Assembly: GCA_965248755.1 (NCBI GenBank) | Contig: OZ252149.1 | Location: 4,064,001 to 4,128,000 of the forward strand | Reading direction: 5' to 3' | Length of the DNA stretch: 64,000 nt | Origin: Candidatus Latescibacterota bacterium | Lineage (GTDB): Bacteria; Latescibacterota; CBDEFO01 | Shown: positions 52,781 through 61,945 of the stretch, piece by piece | How positions within the stretch are numbered: the stretch's first letter is position 1 | Layout: every line of letters starts with the position of its first letter | The notes under the pieces: model-generated | Seen by the model: only the letters and a program-made list of their open reading frames with translations | Told to the model about the DNA's origin: nothing | The model's database searches: none | Position numbers and translations under genes: made by a program

Positions 52781-53729
52781 AGAGTATCTCTACTCCTCTA
52801 TGTTGCTCTTTGGCCTTTCGATACGCCACCGATGCGGCGGCTACATCTTCTACGGCGATACCCTGCGATGCAAAGAGCGTGATTGCCTCCTCATCGGAGC
52901 GTCCCTTAATCTGGCCTGCCACGATCTGTCCCAATTCGTAGACCTGCTCCCAGCAGATGATGCCCTTGTTTATGGGAAATACAAGATCGCCCGATTCTAT
53001 TCTCGCCTGATCTTTCGAGTCCGCAACTAAGATATCACTCCTTCTCACTGCCTCATCGTCAATCTCGCGCTTTATGATAAAGTTAGATCCGGCGGCGTTT
53101 ATGTGGACTCCGGGTTCTACCAATTTTCCGTCGAAGAGCGGCTCTTGCGATGTGGTCATGGTCGTGATGATGTCAACATCTCCCACCACATCTTCAGGCG
53201 CCTTGACTGGCTTCATCTCCACTTTGAGTCTATCCTGCATCATGGAACAGAACTTCTTTCTGCGCTCTTCGTCTCTCCCGTAGATCTTCGCCAACTGAAT
53301 ATCTCTGACCTGGCATATAGCTTCAATCTGCGTCTGGGCCTGATATCCTGTTCCGAACATCCCAAGGGTCGTGGCATTTTCCCTTGCCATATATTTTGTG
53401 GCCACGCCTGATGCGGCTCCTGTCCTTAATTGCCCAAGTCTCCTTGCTTCCATGACTGCAAGGAGCCGTCCTGTCTCTATGTCGTGTAGCATAAAGAGAA
53501 ATTCTCCTCCGCTTTTGAATGTAGTATATGCCTTATATCCGATGTACCCGAACTTCTGGACTGACGCGGCCATGATGTGCAGCATTCCTCCCCGTCCGGT
53601 AGTCCTCCATCTGGGCGTATTGGCGACCTTGCCCTGTCCCTGCTCTTTGAAGACTTCCTCAACTGCGTCAATAGTCTCCTCCATAGTCAAAAGGTCATCG
53701 ACGTCGCTTTCAGTCAAAAAGAGAGGCAT
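52779..53729 (-). CDS. Ornithine cyclodeaminase/mu-crystallin family protein
   Basis: RTGAASGVAT, GTGYQA, HINAAGSN and SQGIAVEDVA. Confidence 0.92.
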   Translation of the reverse strand: MPLFLTESDVDDLLTMEETIDAVEEVFKEQGQGKVANTPRWRTTGRGGMLHIMAASVQKFGYIGYKAYTTFKSGGEFLFMLHDIETGRLLAVMEARRLGQLRTGAASGVATKYMARENATTLGMFGTGYQAQTQIEAICQVRDIQLAKIYGRDEERRKKFCSMMQDRLKVEMKPVKAPEDVVGDVDIITTMTTSQEPLFDGKLVEPGVHINAAGSNFIIKREIDDEAVRRSDILVADSKDQARIESGDLVFPINKGIICWEQVYELGQIVAGQIKGRSDEEAITLFASQGIAVEDVAAASVAYRKAKEQHRGVEIL

Positions 53730-53748
53730 GTACCTTCCCTTCTAAAGC

Positions 53749-53925
53749 TGTAGATAGAGGCACCTCTTCCTCTCCCATGAGATTGGTTCTGCTTCGCAAC
53801 TCCTGACGGGGTCGGGGTTTCACCCCTCGCAATGACTAAGGAAAAAGCAATCTCGGTCAGGGGAGAGCAGAGGGAATCCCTATATGCTGTCTAACTAGAC
53901 AGCATGTCTGTTCTACTGTCTACTC
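53749..53925. repeat. Composite repeat: heptamer arms enclosing a REP-like doublet and a degenerate palindrome
   Basis: GTAGATAGAGGCACC...GAGATTG...GCTTCG...TCCTGACGGGGTCGGGG...CTCGCAATGAC...GCAATCTC...GCTGTCTA...CTGTCTACT. Confidence 0.8.
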
Positions 53926-53928
53926 TCT

Positions 53929-54957
53929 TTAAGGACATAGGATACTCTTGAGGCCTTTCTTCTCCTCCGTGTTCTTGAAGGCCTTTTCCCAATCCTCAAG
54001 GGGAACACCTGCTGTGATAAAGCGATTCATATCTATAGTTCCCTCTGACAGCATCTTTATAGTCTTTTCCCAGGTGCTCCACATCTGACCTATTGTGCCC
54101 TGCACCTTCAACTGTTTGTACGTGATCAGCCCGAAATCCACTTCCACAGGCTCATCTATTATTCCTATCTGAGTGTACCTTCCCTCAGGGGCCAAGCAGT
54201 CTAAACATTGATTCGCAGATGGCCCCACACCGGCGCACTCCAAAGCCACGTCAGCGCCGTATCCGTCAGTTATATCCAGTGTTAGCTCCTTCAGGTTCTG
54301 GGAGTTTACGTTTACGGTTACGTCTGCTCCGAACTTTTCGGCGAACTTCAGCCGCTCTTTGTCCTCGGACGTGCCGCAGACTATGGTCTTTGCCCCGGTT
54401 AATTTGACCAGAGTCAGGCAGATGAGACCTATGGGTCCCGGGCCAGATATTAAGACTATATTGAGGGGTGAAACCTGTGTAAACTCGGTCACAGCCTGAA
54501 CACAGCAGGCCAAAGGTTCGCACAAGGCTCCAGCTTCCCAAGGGACATTATGGGGAAGACGATAGATGAGATCCTGCTCGACAACACAGTACTCAGCAAA
54601 CCCTCCGTCGGTCTTGCTCCCTACGGAGGATCGCTTCGCACACATAAAGTAGTGCCCTTTTTGGCAGTATCTGCACTTTCCGCACGCTCCCATGGCGGAC
54701 GGATTTACCGTTACACGGTCGCCTATCTTGGCACGATCTACGTGCTTCCCCTTTTCGACCACTTCGCCGGAGAATTCATGTCCTAAAGTGACAGGGGGGT
54801 TAAAGCTGTAGCCTCCGTGGAAGATGTGTATATCCGTGCCGCAGACTCCTCCTGCCATAACTTTTATCACGACTTGAGAAGGGCCGCAGTCAGGCTCCGG
54901 GATGTCGCACAGGTCTACGTTTCCATATCCTGTAGATAATTTCCTTACTGCCTTCAT
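53929..54957 (-). CDS. Zn-dependent alcohol/polyol dehydrogenase (MDR family)
   Basis: CGTD, GHEFSG, CGKCRYC and GPGPIG. Confidence 0.93.
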   Translation of the reverse strand: MKAVRKLSTGYGNVDLCDIPEPDCGPSQVVIKVMAGGVCGTDIHIFHGGYSFNPPVTLGHEFSGEVVEKGKHVDRAKIGDRVTVNPSAMGACGKCRYCQKGHYFMCAKRSSVGSKTDGGFAEYCVVEQDLIYRLPHNVPWEAGALCEPLACCVQAVTEFTQVSPLNIVLISGPGPIGLICLTLVKLTGAKTIVCGTSEDKERLKFAEKFGADVTVNVNSQNLKELTLDITDGYGADVALECAGVGPSANQCLDCLAPEGRYTQIGIIDEPVEVDFGLITYKQLKVQGTIGQMWSTWEKTIKMLSEGTIDMNRFITAGVPLEDWEKAFKNTEEKKGLKSILCP

Positions 54958-56306
54958 TCTATTCTCGACTCGTTTGCAACTCCGTCGTAGAGTTCCACCC
55001 TGCTGATGTCCTCTTGGCAGGAGAGATATTTCTCCTTGGTAATGGGCGGTTTTGCTTTATCCAGTATCTCCTTTGCGTTCTCAGCGTTTCCCCAGAGGAG
55101 ATCAACAGCCGCCATGGCCAGGGACTTTGCAGGGGCGAGGTATCCCAGATCGTGATCTGCTATGTGCCACTCTGCGCTGTGAGAGGGGCCTTGTGCTCCG
55201 GCGATGAAGGGATGCAGGGCGGGCATGATATGGCTTATATCTCCCATATCGGTTGAGCCTGTGCGATGGCCGCCCTCAGTCACCTCGTCCTCTCCAAATA
55301 GAGAAGCTGCGTTGTCCACGAAGATATCTTTTATACTCTGATCGTTAACAAAGGGCATGAATCCCCCGAGGGTCCGTATCTCAACTTTAGCTCCCAAAGC
55401 CATCGCGCCTGCTCTTAAGGATCTGTCCACCTTTCTGTCTGCATCCGAGATCGCCTCGTTAGTTTTACCTCTGATGTACGTCTCGATCCTCACATCAGAA
55501 GGTATGATGCTGACAACGTCACCACCCCGCGTTACTATGGGATGCACTCGTACAGTGTCCTCGTCTTTAAACGTCTCCCTCTGTGCGTTGATGGCAGAGA
55601 GAGCTACATTGGCGGCGTAGAGGGCATTAATTCCCTGGTGTGGCGCTGCTCCCGCGTGGGCAGCTCGACCTGTGAACCTGACCAATTTGACTATAGCTCC
55701 GTTGAAGGAATCGACTACCGTGGCGAATTTGTCCTCGGGATTGCTGTTGGTGTGGATCATCATAGCCATATCTATGTCGTCGAATTCTCCCAAGCTCACC
55801 AACTCCGGCTTTCCGCACAAAAATGCAAGTTTTCCTTCACCTATCAGCCTGGCCCTGTACCCCACTTCCACGCATTCCTCGGCGGGAACGGCAAAGAAGA
55901 CCACATTTCCAGACAGGGAATCGGCGGCTTTGGCATCTGTCATTGCCATCAAAGCGCCCATGAGTCCCGCTATTTGAGCGTTGTGGCCGCAGGCGTGAGC
56001 GGCTCCCGTCTCTTTGTTCGATATAGGATGATCGGGGACTATGAGGGAATCTAATTCGCCTATTAAAGCCACAGTAGGTCCCGGTTTGCTGCCCTTTAAA
56101 ACCCCCTTGACGCCCGTAATAGCAAGACCGTCTCTGTGTGGAATTCCCAGACTTTCAAAGGTCCCGGATACGAGCTTCGCCGTCCGAAATTCCTTGAATC
56201 CAAGTTCGGGATTTCGCATTATATCTTCGCCGATGGAGATAATATCGTCTCTGTGTTTGTCAACGGATTCACATATTTTCTTCTTCAGTTCGTCTTTGTT
56301 TTGCAT
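54954..56306 (-). CDS. M20-family amidohydrolase
   Basis: PELGFKE, ELD, HACGHN, PAEE and GSTDMGD. Confidence 0.92.
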   Translation of the reverse strand: MQNKDELKKKICESVDKHRDDIISIGEDIMRNPELGFKEFRTAKLVSGTFESLGIPHRDGLAITGVKGVLKGSKPGPTVALIGELDSLIVPDHPISNKETGAAHACGHNAQIAGLMGALMAMTDAKAADSLSGNVVFFAVPAEECVEVGYRARLIGEGKLAFLCGKPELVSLGEFDDIDMAMMIHTNSNPEDKFATVVDSFNGAIVKLVRFTGRAAHAGAAPHQGINALYAANVALSAINAQRETFKDEDTVRVHPIVTRGGDVVSIIPSDVRIETYIRGKTNEAISDADRKVDRSLRAGAMALGAKVEIRTLGGFMPFVNDQSIKDIFVDNAASLFGEDEVTEGGHRTGSTDMGDISHIMPALHPFIAGAQGPSHSAEWHIADHDLGYLAPAKSLAMAAVDLLWGNAENAKEILDKAKPPITKEKYLSCQEDISRVELYDGVANESRIE

Positions 56307-56392
56307 TCGTGTTCCCTTCTATTTTAATGTGTTTTCATACAAACTGTTACATTCAGCTACGTGCATACGACCGCTGGAACATCGCCGTGTAC

Positions 56393-58249
56393 TTATACGT
56401 CGCCGGTCAGTCGGACCCGTACCCCCTGAGCCTCCAATGCCGGGATCTGTTCATTGATAGCAGCATCGCTGAGAGGGTTGTTCCACAGAGACAGCTTTCT
56501 CAGTTCAGTCAGTCCAATGAATGGGGATAGATCGCTGATTTTGTTCTCGTCCAGACCCAACTCTCTCAGTTTTCTCAGTCCAGCCAAAGGAGACAGATCA
56601 CTGATTTGATTGTGTCCCAGCCACAGCACCGTAAGTTGCGTCAGTCCAGATAGCGGAGACAGATCGCTAATCTGGTTGTTATGCAGAGTCAGCCTTGTAA
56701 GTTGTGTTAGTTCAGACAACGGAGACAGATCGCTGATCTTATTCCCATCCATCATCAGCTTTTTGAGTTGTCTCAGTTCAGATAGAGAAGATAGATCACT
56801 AATCTGGTTGTTAAATAGTCGCAGATCTGTCAGTTGGGTCAACTGCCCGATACCTGTCAAGTCAGTACTCTGACCCCTTCCCACCTCCAACTTGGTTAGT
56901 CTTGTCACATCTTTCGGAGTCAGTACCCCCTCAGGTTTGCGCAAGGCCTTCCGTACTGCCGTCTCCAGGTTGGGGTCGGCAAAGGTTATAGCTATAGAAT
57001 ATGTCGCTGTTACGCCTCGAGCCTCCAATGCTGGAATGTGTTTGTTGATAGCGACATCACCGAGCGGGTTGTCCCTCAGACTCAGCCTTGTCAATTGAGT
57101 CATTCCGAGCAACGGAGATAGATTGCTGATCTGGTTGCCCCAGAGGCTCAGTTTTGTCATTTGTGTCATCCCTGCTATCGGGGATAGATCACTAATCTTA
57201 TTGGTACTGAGATCCAGGTGAGTCAGTTGCGTGAGTTCAGACAGCGGTGATATATCGCTAATCTGGTTTCTTCCCAGCCACAAGCCTGTCAATCGTATCA
57301 GTTCAGACAGTGGAGACATATCGGTGATCCGGTTATTTCCCAGAGTCAGCAATGTGAGTTGTGTCAGTCCTGACAGTGGAGACATATCGCTAATCCAGTT
57401 GTCTCCCAGAGTCAGAAATCTGAGTTGTGTCAGTCCTGATAGGGGAGATACATCCCTGATATGGTTGTGCAACACCTGTAGCTCTCTCAGTTCAGTTAGT
57501 CCAGCCAGTGGAGATAGATCACTAATCCCGTTGTTGAACATATACAGTTTTGTCAACTGTGTCAGTCCAGCAAGCGGAGATAGATTGCGGATCTCGTTGC
57601 CCCGGAGGCTCAGTTTTGTTAGTTGAGTCAGCCCTGCCAGCGGGGATAGATCACTAATCTGATTGCTACTCAGATCCAGGTGTGTAAGTTGTGTTAGTCC
57701 AGACAGCCGAGATATATCGCTGATTTGATTGCTATTGAGCAACAATTTTCTCAGTTGTCTCAGTTCAGATAGCGGCGCAAGGTTGCTGATCTCGTTGCCC
57801 TGTAGATCCAGATCTGTCAGTTGAGTCAGTTTGGATATCACGGAAAGATCACTAAGCTGGTTGCCCGCCAGAACCAGTCTTGACAGATGTGTTAGTTCGG
57901 ATACCAGAGAAAGGTCGTTAATCTGGTTGAACCCAAGATCCAGCTCTATTAGTTGTGTTAGACCAGATAGCGCAGATATATCGCTAATTTGGTTGCCCTT
58001 CAGATTCAGTTTCGACAGTCGAGTCAATTGCTCGATCCCAGTCAAGGCCGTAATCTTCTTTCCAGCCAAATCTAACCCTGTTAGGCCTACCAAGTCTTCT
58101 TGGGTGAGTTCTCCCTCGGCTTTATCCACAACCTCACGTACTGCAGCCTCCAGCCTGGGATCAGCAAAATCCTTTACCGGTTTCGGAGCGTTGTCGCCAC
58201 ATGCGATTAAGACCAGCAGAATTGGCCCGACTACAATCGTTCTATCCAT
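56393..58249 (-). CDS. Internalin-like leucine-rich-repeat lipoprotein
   Basis: Lipobox LIA-C; 22-aa LxLxxNQISDLSPLS repeats in two modules, each capped by FADPxLExAVR. Confidence 0.92.
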   Translation of the reverse strand: MDRTIVVGPILLVLIACGDNAPKPVKDFADPRLEAAVREVVDKAEGELTQEDLVGLTGLDLAGKKITALTGIEQLTRLSKLNLKGNQISDISALSGLTQLIELDLGFNQINDLSLVSELTHLSRLVLAGNQLSDLSVISKLTQLTDLDLQGNEISNLAPLSELRQLRKLLLNSNQISDISRLSGLTQLTHLDLSSNQISDLSPLAGLTQLTKLSLRGNEIRNLSPLAGLTQLTKLYMFNNGISDLSPLAGLTELRELQVLHNHIRDVSPLSGLTQLRFLTLGDNWISDMSPLSGLTQLTLLTLGNNRITDMSPLSELIRLTGLWLGRNQISDISPLSELTQLTHLDLSTNKISDLSPIAGMTQMTKLSLWGNQISNLSPLLGMTQLTRLSLRDNPLGDVAINKHIPALEARGVTATYSIAITFADPNLETAVRKALRKPEGVLTPKDVTRLTKLEVGRGQSTDLTGIGQLTQLTDLRLFNNQISDLSSLSELRQLKKLMMDGNKISDLSPLSELTQLTRLTLHNNQISDLSPLSGLTQLTVLWLGHNQISDLSPLAGLRKLRELGLDENKISDLSPFIGLTELRKLSLWNNPLSDAAINEQIPALEAQGVRVRLTGDV

Positions 58250-58745
58250 GCGATTCGTGCCTTTGGTGCTCGCCTGTTTCGCCTTTGATGAGTTCCACAG
58301 CGTGAGGGATCACGTCCTGGAGCCATTCTAAACACTCTCTTACGCCCTTGGGACTCCCCGGAAGGTTGATTATGAGCGTCTCTCCTCTGACCCCTGCGGT
58401 CATCCTGGAGAGCATAGCCCATGGAGTGATCTTCAGGCTCTTTGCCCTCAGAGTCTCGCCTATACCCGGGACCGCCTTTTCGATCACGTATTCTGTCGCC
58501 TCAGGGGTTACGTCTCTCTGTGCGACGCCCGTTCCGCCCGTGGTCAGAATAACGTCCATGCCGTCGTCGTCTGCCATTGTGGCTAAAGCCTCTGTTATCT
58601 CGTCAATTTCGTCCGGGACTATGCGATAGACCTCCACCTTTCCGCCGAACTCGGGCGCTATTTCTCTTATAGCTGCTCCGCCTTCATCCTCTCTTTCCCC
58701 CGCAGCGCTCTTGTCACTTACAGTCAGGACACCGACCTTTATCAT
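58242..58745 (-). CDS. mog: Molybdopterin adenylyltransferase (MogA/MoaB)
   Basis: TTGGTG...RDVTPEAT and INLPGSP. Confidence 0.92.
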   Translation of the reverse strand: MIKVGVLTVSDKSAAGEREDEGGAAIREIAPEFGGKVEVYRIVPDEIDEITEALATMADDDGMDVILTTGGTGVAQRDVTPEATEYVIEKAVPGIGETLRAKSLKITPWAMLSRMTAGVRGETLIINLPGSPKGVRECLEWLQDVIPHAVELIKGETGEHQRHESHG

Positions 58746-58750
58746 CGCTT

Positions 58751-59224
58751 CTACACCTCCCTTACGAACGATCCGCTCTTTCCGCCCGATTTTTTTATCA
58801 GTTTTATGTCGGAGATGACCATCCTCTTATCCACAGCCTTACACATATCGTATATGGTCAAAAGAGCGACAGAAACGGCTGTAAGTGCCTCCATCTCAAC
58901 TCCTGTCCTTCCGGGGACGGATACCTGGGACTCGACTTTTATCCTATCTTCTTCCACTTTGAATCTCACATCCACGCCCGTTATCTCCAGAGGATGACAG
59001 AGCGGGATTAGGTCCCACGTCCTCTTTGCCGCCATGATCCCCGCTATCCGGGCCGTCTCTATGACGTTTCCTTTAGGGGCTTTTCCGCCCACTATCATCT
59101 CGATTATCTTTCGGGACATCAGAATCTCGCCTTGGGCGATGGCTTCTCTTTGGGTCACATCTTTATGGGTTACGTCCACCATTCGTGCGGCGCCGCTTTC
59201 ATCTATATGAGTTAGCTTATTCAC
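58751..59224 (-). CDS. moaC: Cyclic pyranopterin monophosphate synthase
   Basis: MVDV, LIPLCHP, TGVEMEAL and YDMCKAVD. Confidence 0.96.
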   Translation of the reverse strand: MNKLTHIDESGAARMVDVTHKDVTQREAIAQGEILMSRKIIEMIVGGKAPKGNVIETARIAGIMAAKRTWDLIPLCHPLEITGVDVRFKVEEDRIKVESQVSVPGRTGVEMEALTAVSVALLTIYDMCKAVDKRMVISDIKLIKKSGGKSGSFVREV

Positions 59225-59246
59225 AGGCTATCTGCCTCCCTGCACA

Positions 59247-59317
59247 AGTAGACAGTAGCCCCCGATTGAAGCTATCGGGGGTAGATAGGGGCACCGCCTC
59301 CCATCCCTTTCTACTAC
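59247..59317. repeat. Heptamer arm interrupted by a CCCCGA...TCGGGG palindrome (59259-59281)
   Basis: AGTAGACAGTAG[CCCCCGATTGAAGCTATCGGGGG]TAGATAGGGGCACC. Confidence 0.88.
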
Positions 59318-59339
59318 AAAGGGTCAATGCTTCCACAAG

Positions 59340-59633
59340 CTATCCGCCTCCTCTCAAGAGCTTGAGCTTCAGGCCCTTCTCTATGTCCCTATTCATATAG
59401 GAAAGCTCCAGGGTCAGTTCAGATACAGGTTTAAAACGGGCTAAGAGATGGTCTTTAGCGTTCTTTTCCTCTACAATTGCGGTTTCCTCTCTTCCGTCTA
59501 TAAGGAGTTTCACAGTTGCGATTGAACCGTCCCGTTGGATCTCCAGAACTTCGGCGCCGTACCTTTCCAAAACTTCTTCTACGGCGTTCAAGCCGTCCTG
59601 GAGTTTGAAGGTGTAGAATGTGAGTTTATGCAT
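59340..59633 (-). CDS. Hypothetical protein
   Basis: 97-aa ORF co-oriented with moaC; promoter-like element upstream. Confidence 0.55.
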   Translation of the reverse strand: MHKLTFYTFKLQDGLNAVEEVLERYGAEVLEIQRDGSIATVKLLIDGREETAIVEEKNAKDHLLARFKPVSELTLELSYMNRDIEKGLKLKLLRGGG

Positions 59634-59717
59634 GAAGGGTCCAAAGCAGTAGCCAGGGCACCCTCGCCCTTGATCTATCACTTTAAATTTTGTGGAGTAT
59701 TAGCTGATTCTATAATG

Positions 59718-59746
59718 ATTCTAAGCAGGTTAAACGTTATTGTCAA
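59718..59746 (-). promoter_or_regulatory. Putative sigma70 promoter
   Basis: TTGACA-N17-TAGAAT. Confidence 0.65.
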
Positions 59747-59796
59747 TGTTCGTACCCGATTTCGTCCTCCTTTGGTGCGTAACGTTGCCAGGCACG

Positions 59797-61062
59797 CATA
59801 CCGCTCCCCTTGACAGAGCGACAAATATTTCGCAAATTGGGGTTTGAGAAGGGAGGTCAAGGTGTCGAGCCCCGAAGTGAAAGATGGTAAGCGCTGGACG
59901 GCGACCCGTAAGGGAGAGATTGTGTTGGCTCTTTTGAGAGGAGCAGATCTATCTGAGGTGTGTCGTAAGAATGGAATTAGCCAGTCGCAGGCGTATGCTT
60001 GGCGTGATAGTTTCTTAGAAGGGGGCCAGGAGAGTCTGAAGTCTCGGCGTGGTCGCAAGGATCCGAAGGAGCGAGAGGTTAGCCGGTTGGAGCGCAAGGT
60101 AGGGCAGTTGACGCTCCAGTTGGAGATACTCGAAGAGGTAGCCCGTCTAAAAAAAACGAAGCGGTTGCCTTGAGTGGGCGGTTTTTGGGTCGAGGCTATT
60201 CCCGCAAGGTGGTAGCTTTGGCTTTGGGTTTGCATCGTTCGACTCTGTATAGGTTTAGGGATAGAGGTGTCAGTTCTTCTGTTAAAGAGCCTGTGATAGA
60301 TGAGGAGCTTGCTTTTCGTATTCGAGGGATACTGGACCAAGAAGAGGCATTTGGTCACAGGCGGGTTTGGGCGCATCTTCGTTTCAAGGAAGGGGAATGT
60401 GTCAACGTTAAGAAGGTTCATAGGATAATGAAGCTTAAGGGGTGGCAGTGTAAGCTGTGGAATCGTCCCGGGAGAAAGGGGCCACAGGTTGCCCAGAAGC
60501 GTTCTGTGGTGGATAGTCCCGACAGTTTGTGGTCGAGTGACTTGACAAAGATTTACTGTGGAAAAGATGGTTGGTGTCCTCTTATTGCGGTGGTGGACAA
60601 CGGAAGCCGGGAGGCTCCTGGGTATCGTTTTAGTCGAAAAGGGAGGGCACTGGAGGCCACAGATGCCCTGGATCGGGCCGTGATCTCTCGATACACTTCC
60701 AAGGAGGCTGTCCCCCAGGGTCTCACTTTGCGCTCTGACAATGGTTCCATCTTTTTGGCTCGGGCCTATTTGGCCAGTACCGAATATTGGGGAATTCGTC
60801 AGGAATACATACCAAGTGGTAAACCCGATTGGAACGGTGTTGTAGAGCGTTTTTTCAGGACCCTCAAGCAAGAGTGTGTTTGGCTTCACAAGTTTGAATC
60901 CTTTGAACAGGCTGAGAAGATCATATCTCAGTGGATCGATAATTACAACAAGAACAGGCTTCATTCATCCCTGGGATATAAGACCCCAAAAGAGTGGAGA
61001 AAACAATTTTATCTACTACCCCAGGTTGCTTAATTGGTGTCGCTTTCCTGGGAAGCAGTACA
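59797..61062 (+). mobile_element. IS3-family element, copy 6 (complete; orfA 59844-60173, orfB 60170-61033)
   Basis: CATACCGC...GCAGTACA, 1266 bp, flanked by a CACG duplication; near-identical to copy 3. Confidence 0.97.
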
Positions 61063-61102
61063 CACGATGAATCTTTTGGGTCACTTAAGGGTATGGTTTT
61101 TC

Positions 61103-61876
61103 CTATATTTTCTTAGCTTCCTCCCAAAGAGCATCCATCTCCTCAATCGTGCTCTTATTTATGTCCTTGCCCTGCTTTTCCAACTCCGATTCGATATATT
61201 TGAAACGCTCCATAAACTTGTCTACAGTTTTTCTCAAAGCTTCTTCCGGACAAACCTTGAGGAATCTGGACACGTTCACAAGCGCAAATAGTATGTCTCC
61301 TAACTCCTCTTCTATCTTATCCCGCTCCTTATGGGCATATGCCTCTTTGAGTTCCGAAATTTCCTCCGCTAACTTATCGAGGGGCCCGTCCACGTTCTCC
61401 CAGTCGAATCCGACACCTGAGACCTTGTCCTGTATCCTTCTGGCCTTCAGAAGGGCGGGGAGTCCCGGTGGCACACCTTCCAGAACCGATGCTTTCCCCC
61501 TTTTCTTGTTCCTCTCGTTGCCCTTTATCCTCTCCCAGTTGGAGATCACCTCCTTTACTCCGTTCACCTTAAGGTCTCCAAACACGTGAGGATGGCGCCC
61601 GATTAGCTTGTCCACGTGATATTCTATCACGTCATCTATATCGAATCTGCCCCCCTCCCTGGCTATCTGGGCGTGGAAGACTACCTGCAAAAGTAAATCG
61701 CCTAACTCCTCCTTCAGCGCTTCATCGTCCTTTTTATCTATGGCTTCTATAAGCTCATAGGTCTCCTCAATAGCGTACGCCTTCAGCGTGTCGTGATCCT
61801 GTTCCCTGTCCCAGGGGCATCCATCCTCACCTCTCAAACGAGCCATGGTCTCTACCAAGCGGTCGAAATTAGACAT
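61103..61876 (-). CDS. mazG: Nucleoside triphosphate pyrophosphohydrolase MazG
   Basis: CPWDREQ, EELGDLL, RHPHVF and a second EELGD. Confidence 0.96.
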   Translation of the reverse strand: MSNFDRLVETMARLRGEDGCPWDREQDHDTLKAYAIEETYELIEAIDKKDDEALKEELGDLLLQVVFHAQIAREGGRFDIDDVIEYHVDKLIGRHPHVFGDLKVNGVKEVISNWERIKGNERNKKRGKASVLEGVPPGLPALLKARRIQDKVSGVGFDWENVDGPLDKLAEEISELKEAYAHKERDKIEEELGDILFALVNVSRFLKVCPEEALRKTVDKFMERFKYIESELEKQGKDINKSTIEEMDALWEEAKKI

Positions 61877-61945
61877 TATTGAATCTGTTTCTCCTATCTT
61901 ACTGAATGGGTGTCGAAATGCGAAGTCCGGAGCATTGCGATTTGT

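Noticed and set aside
56393..58249. Periodic DNA repeats as a CRISPR array or DGR template
   Set aside because: The 66-bp period is explained by LRR coding; no reverse transcriptase in the window
59797..61062. Idea that the IS is TAC...GTA with a CA dinucleotide target duplication
   Set aside because: 4-bp duplications lie outside the CA at two copies, so CA belongs to the element
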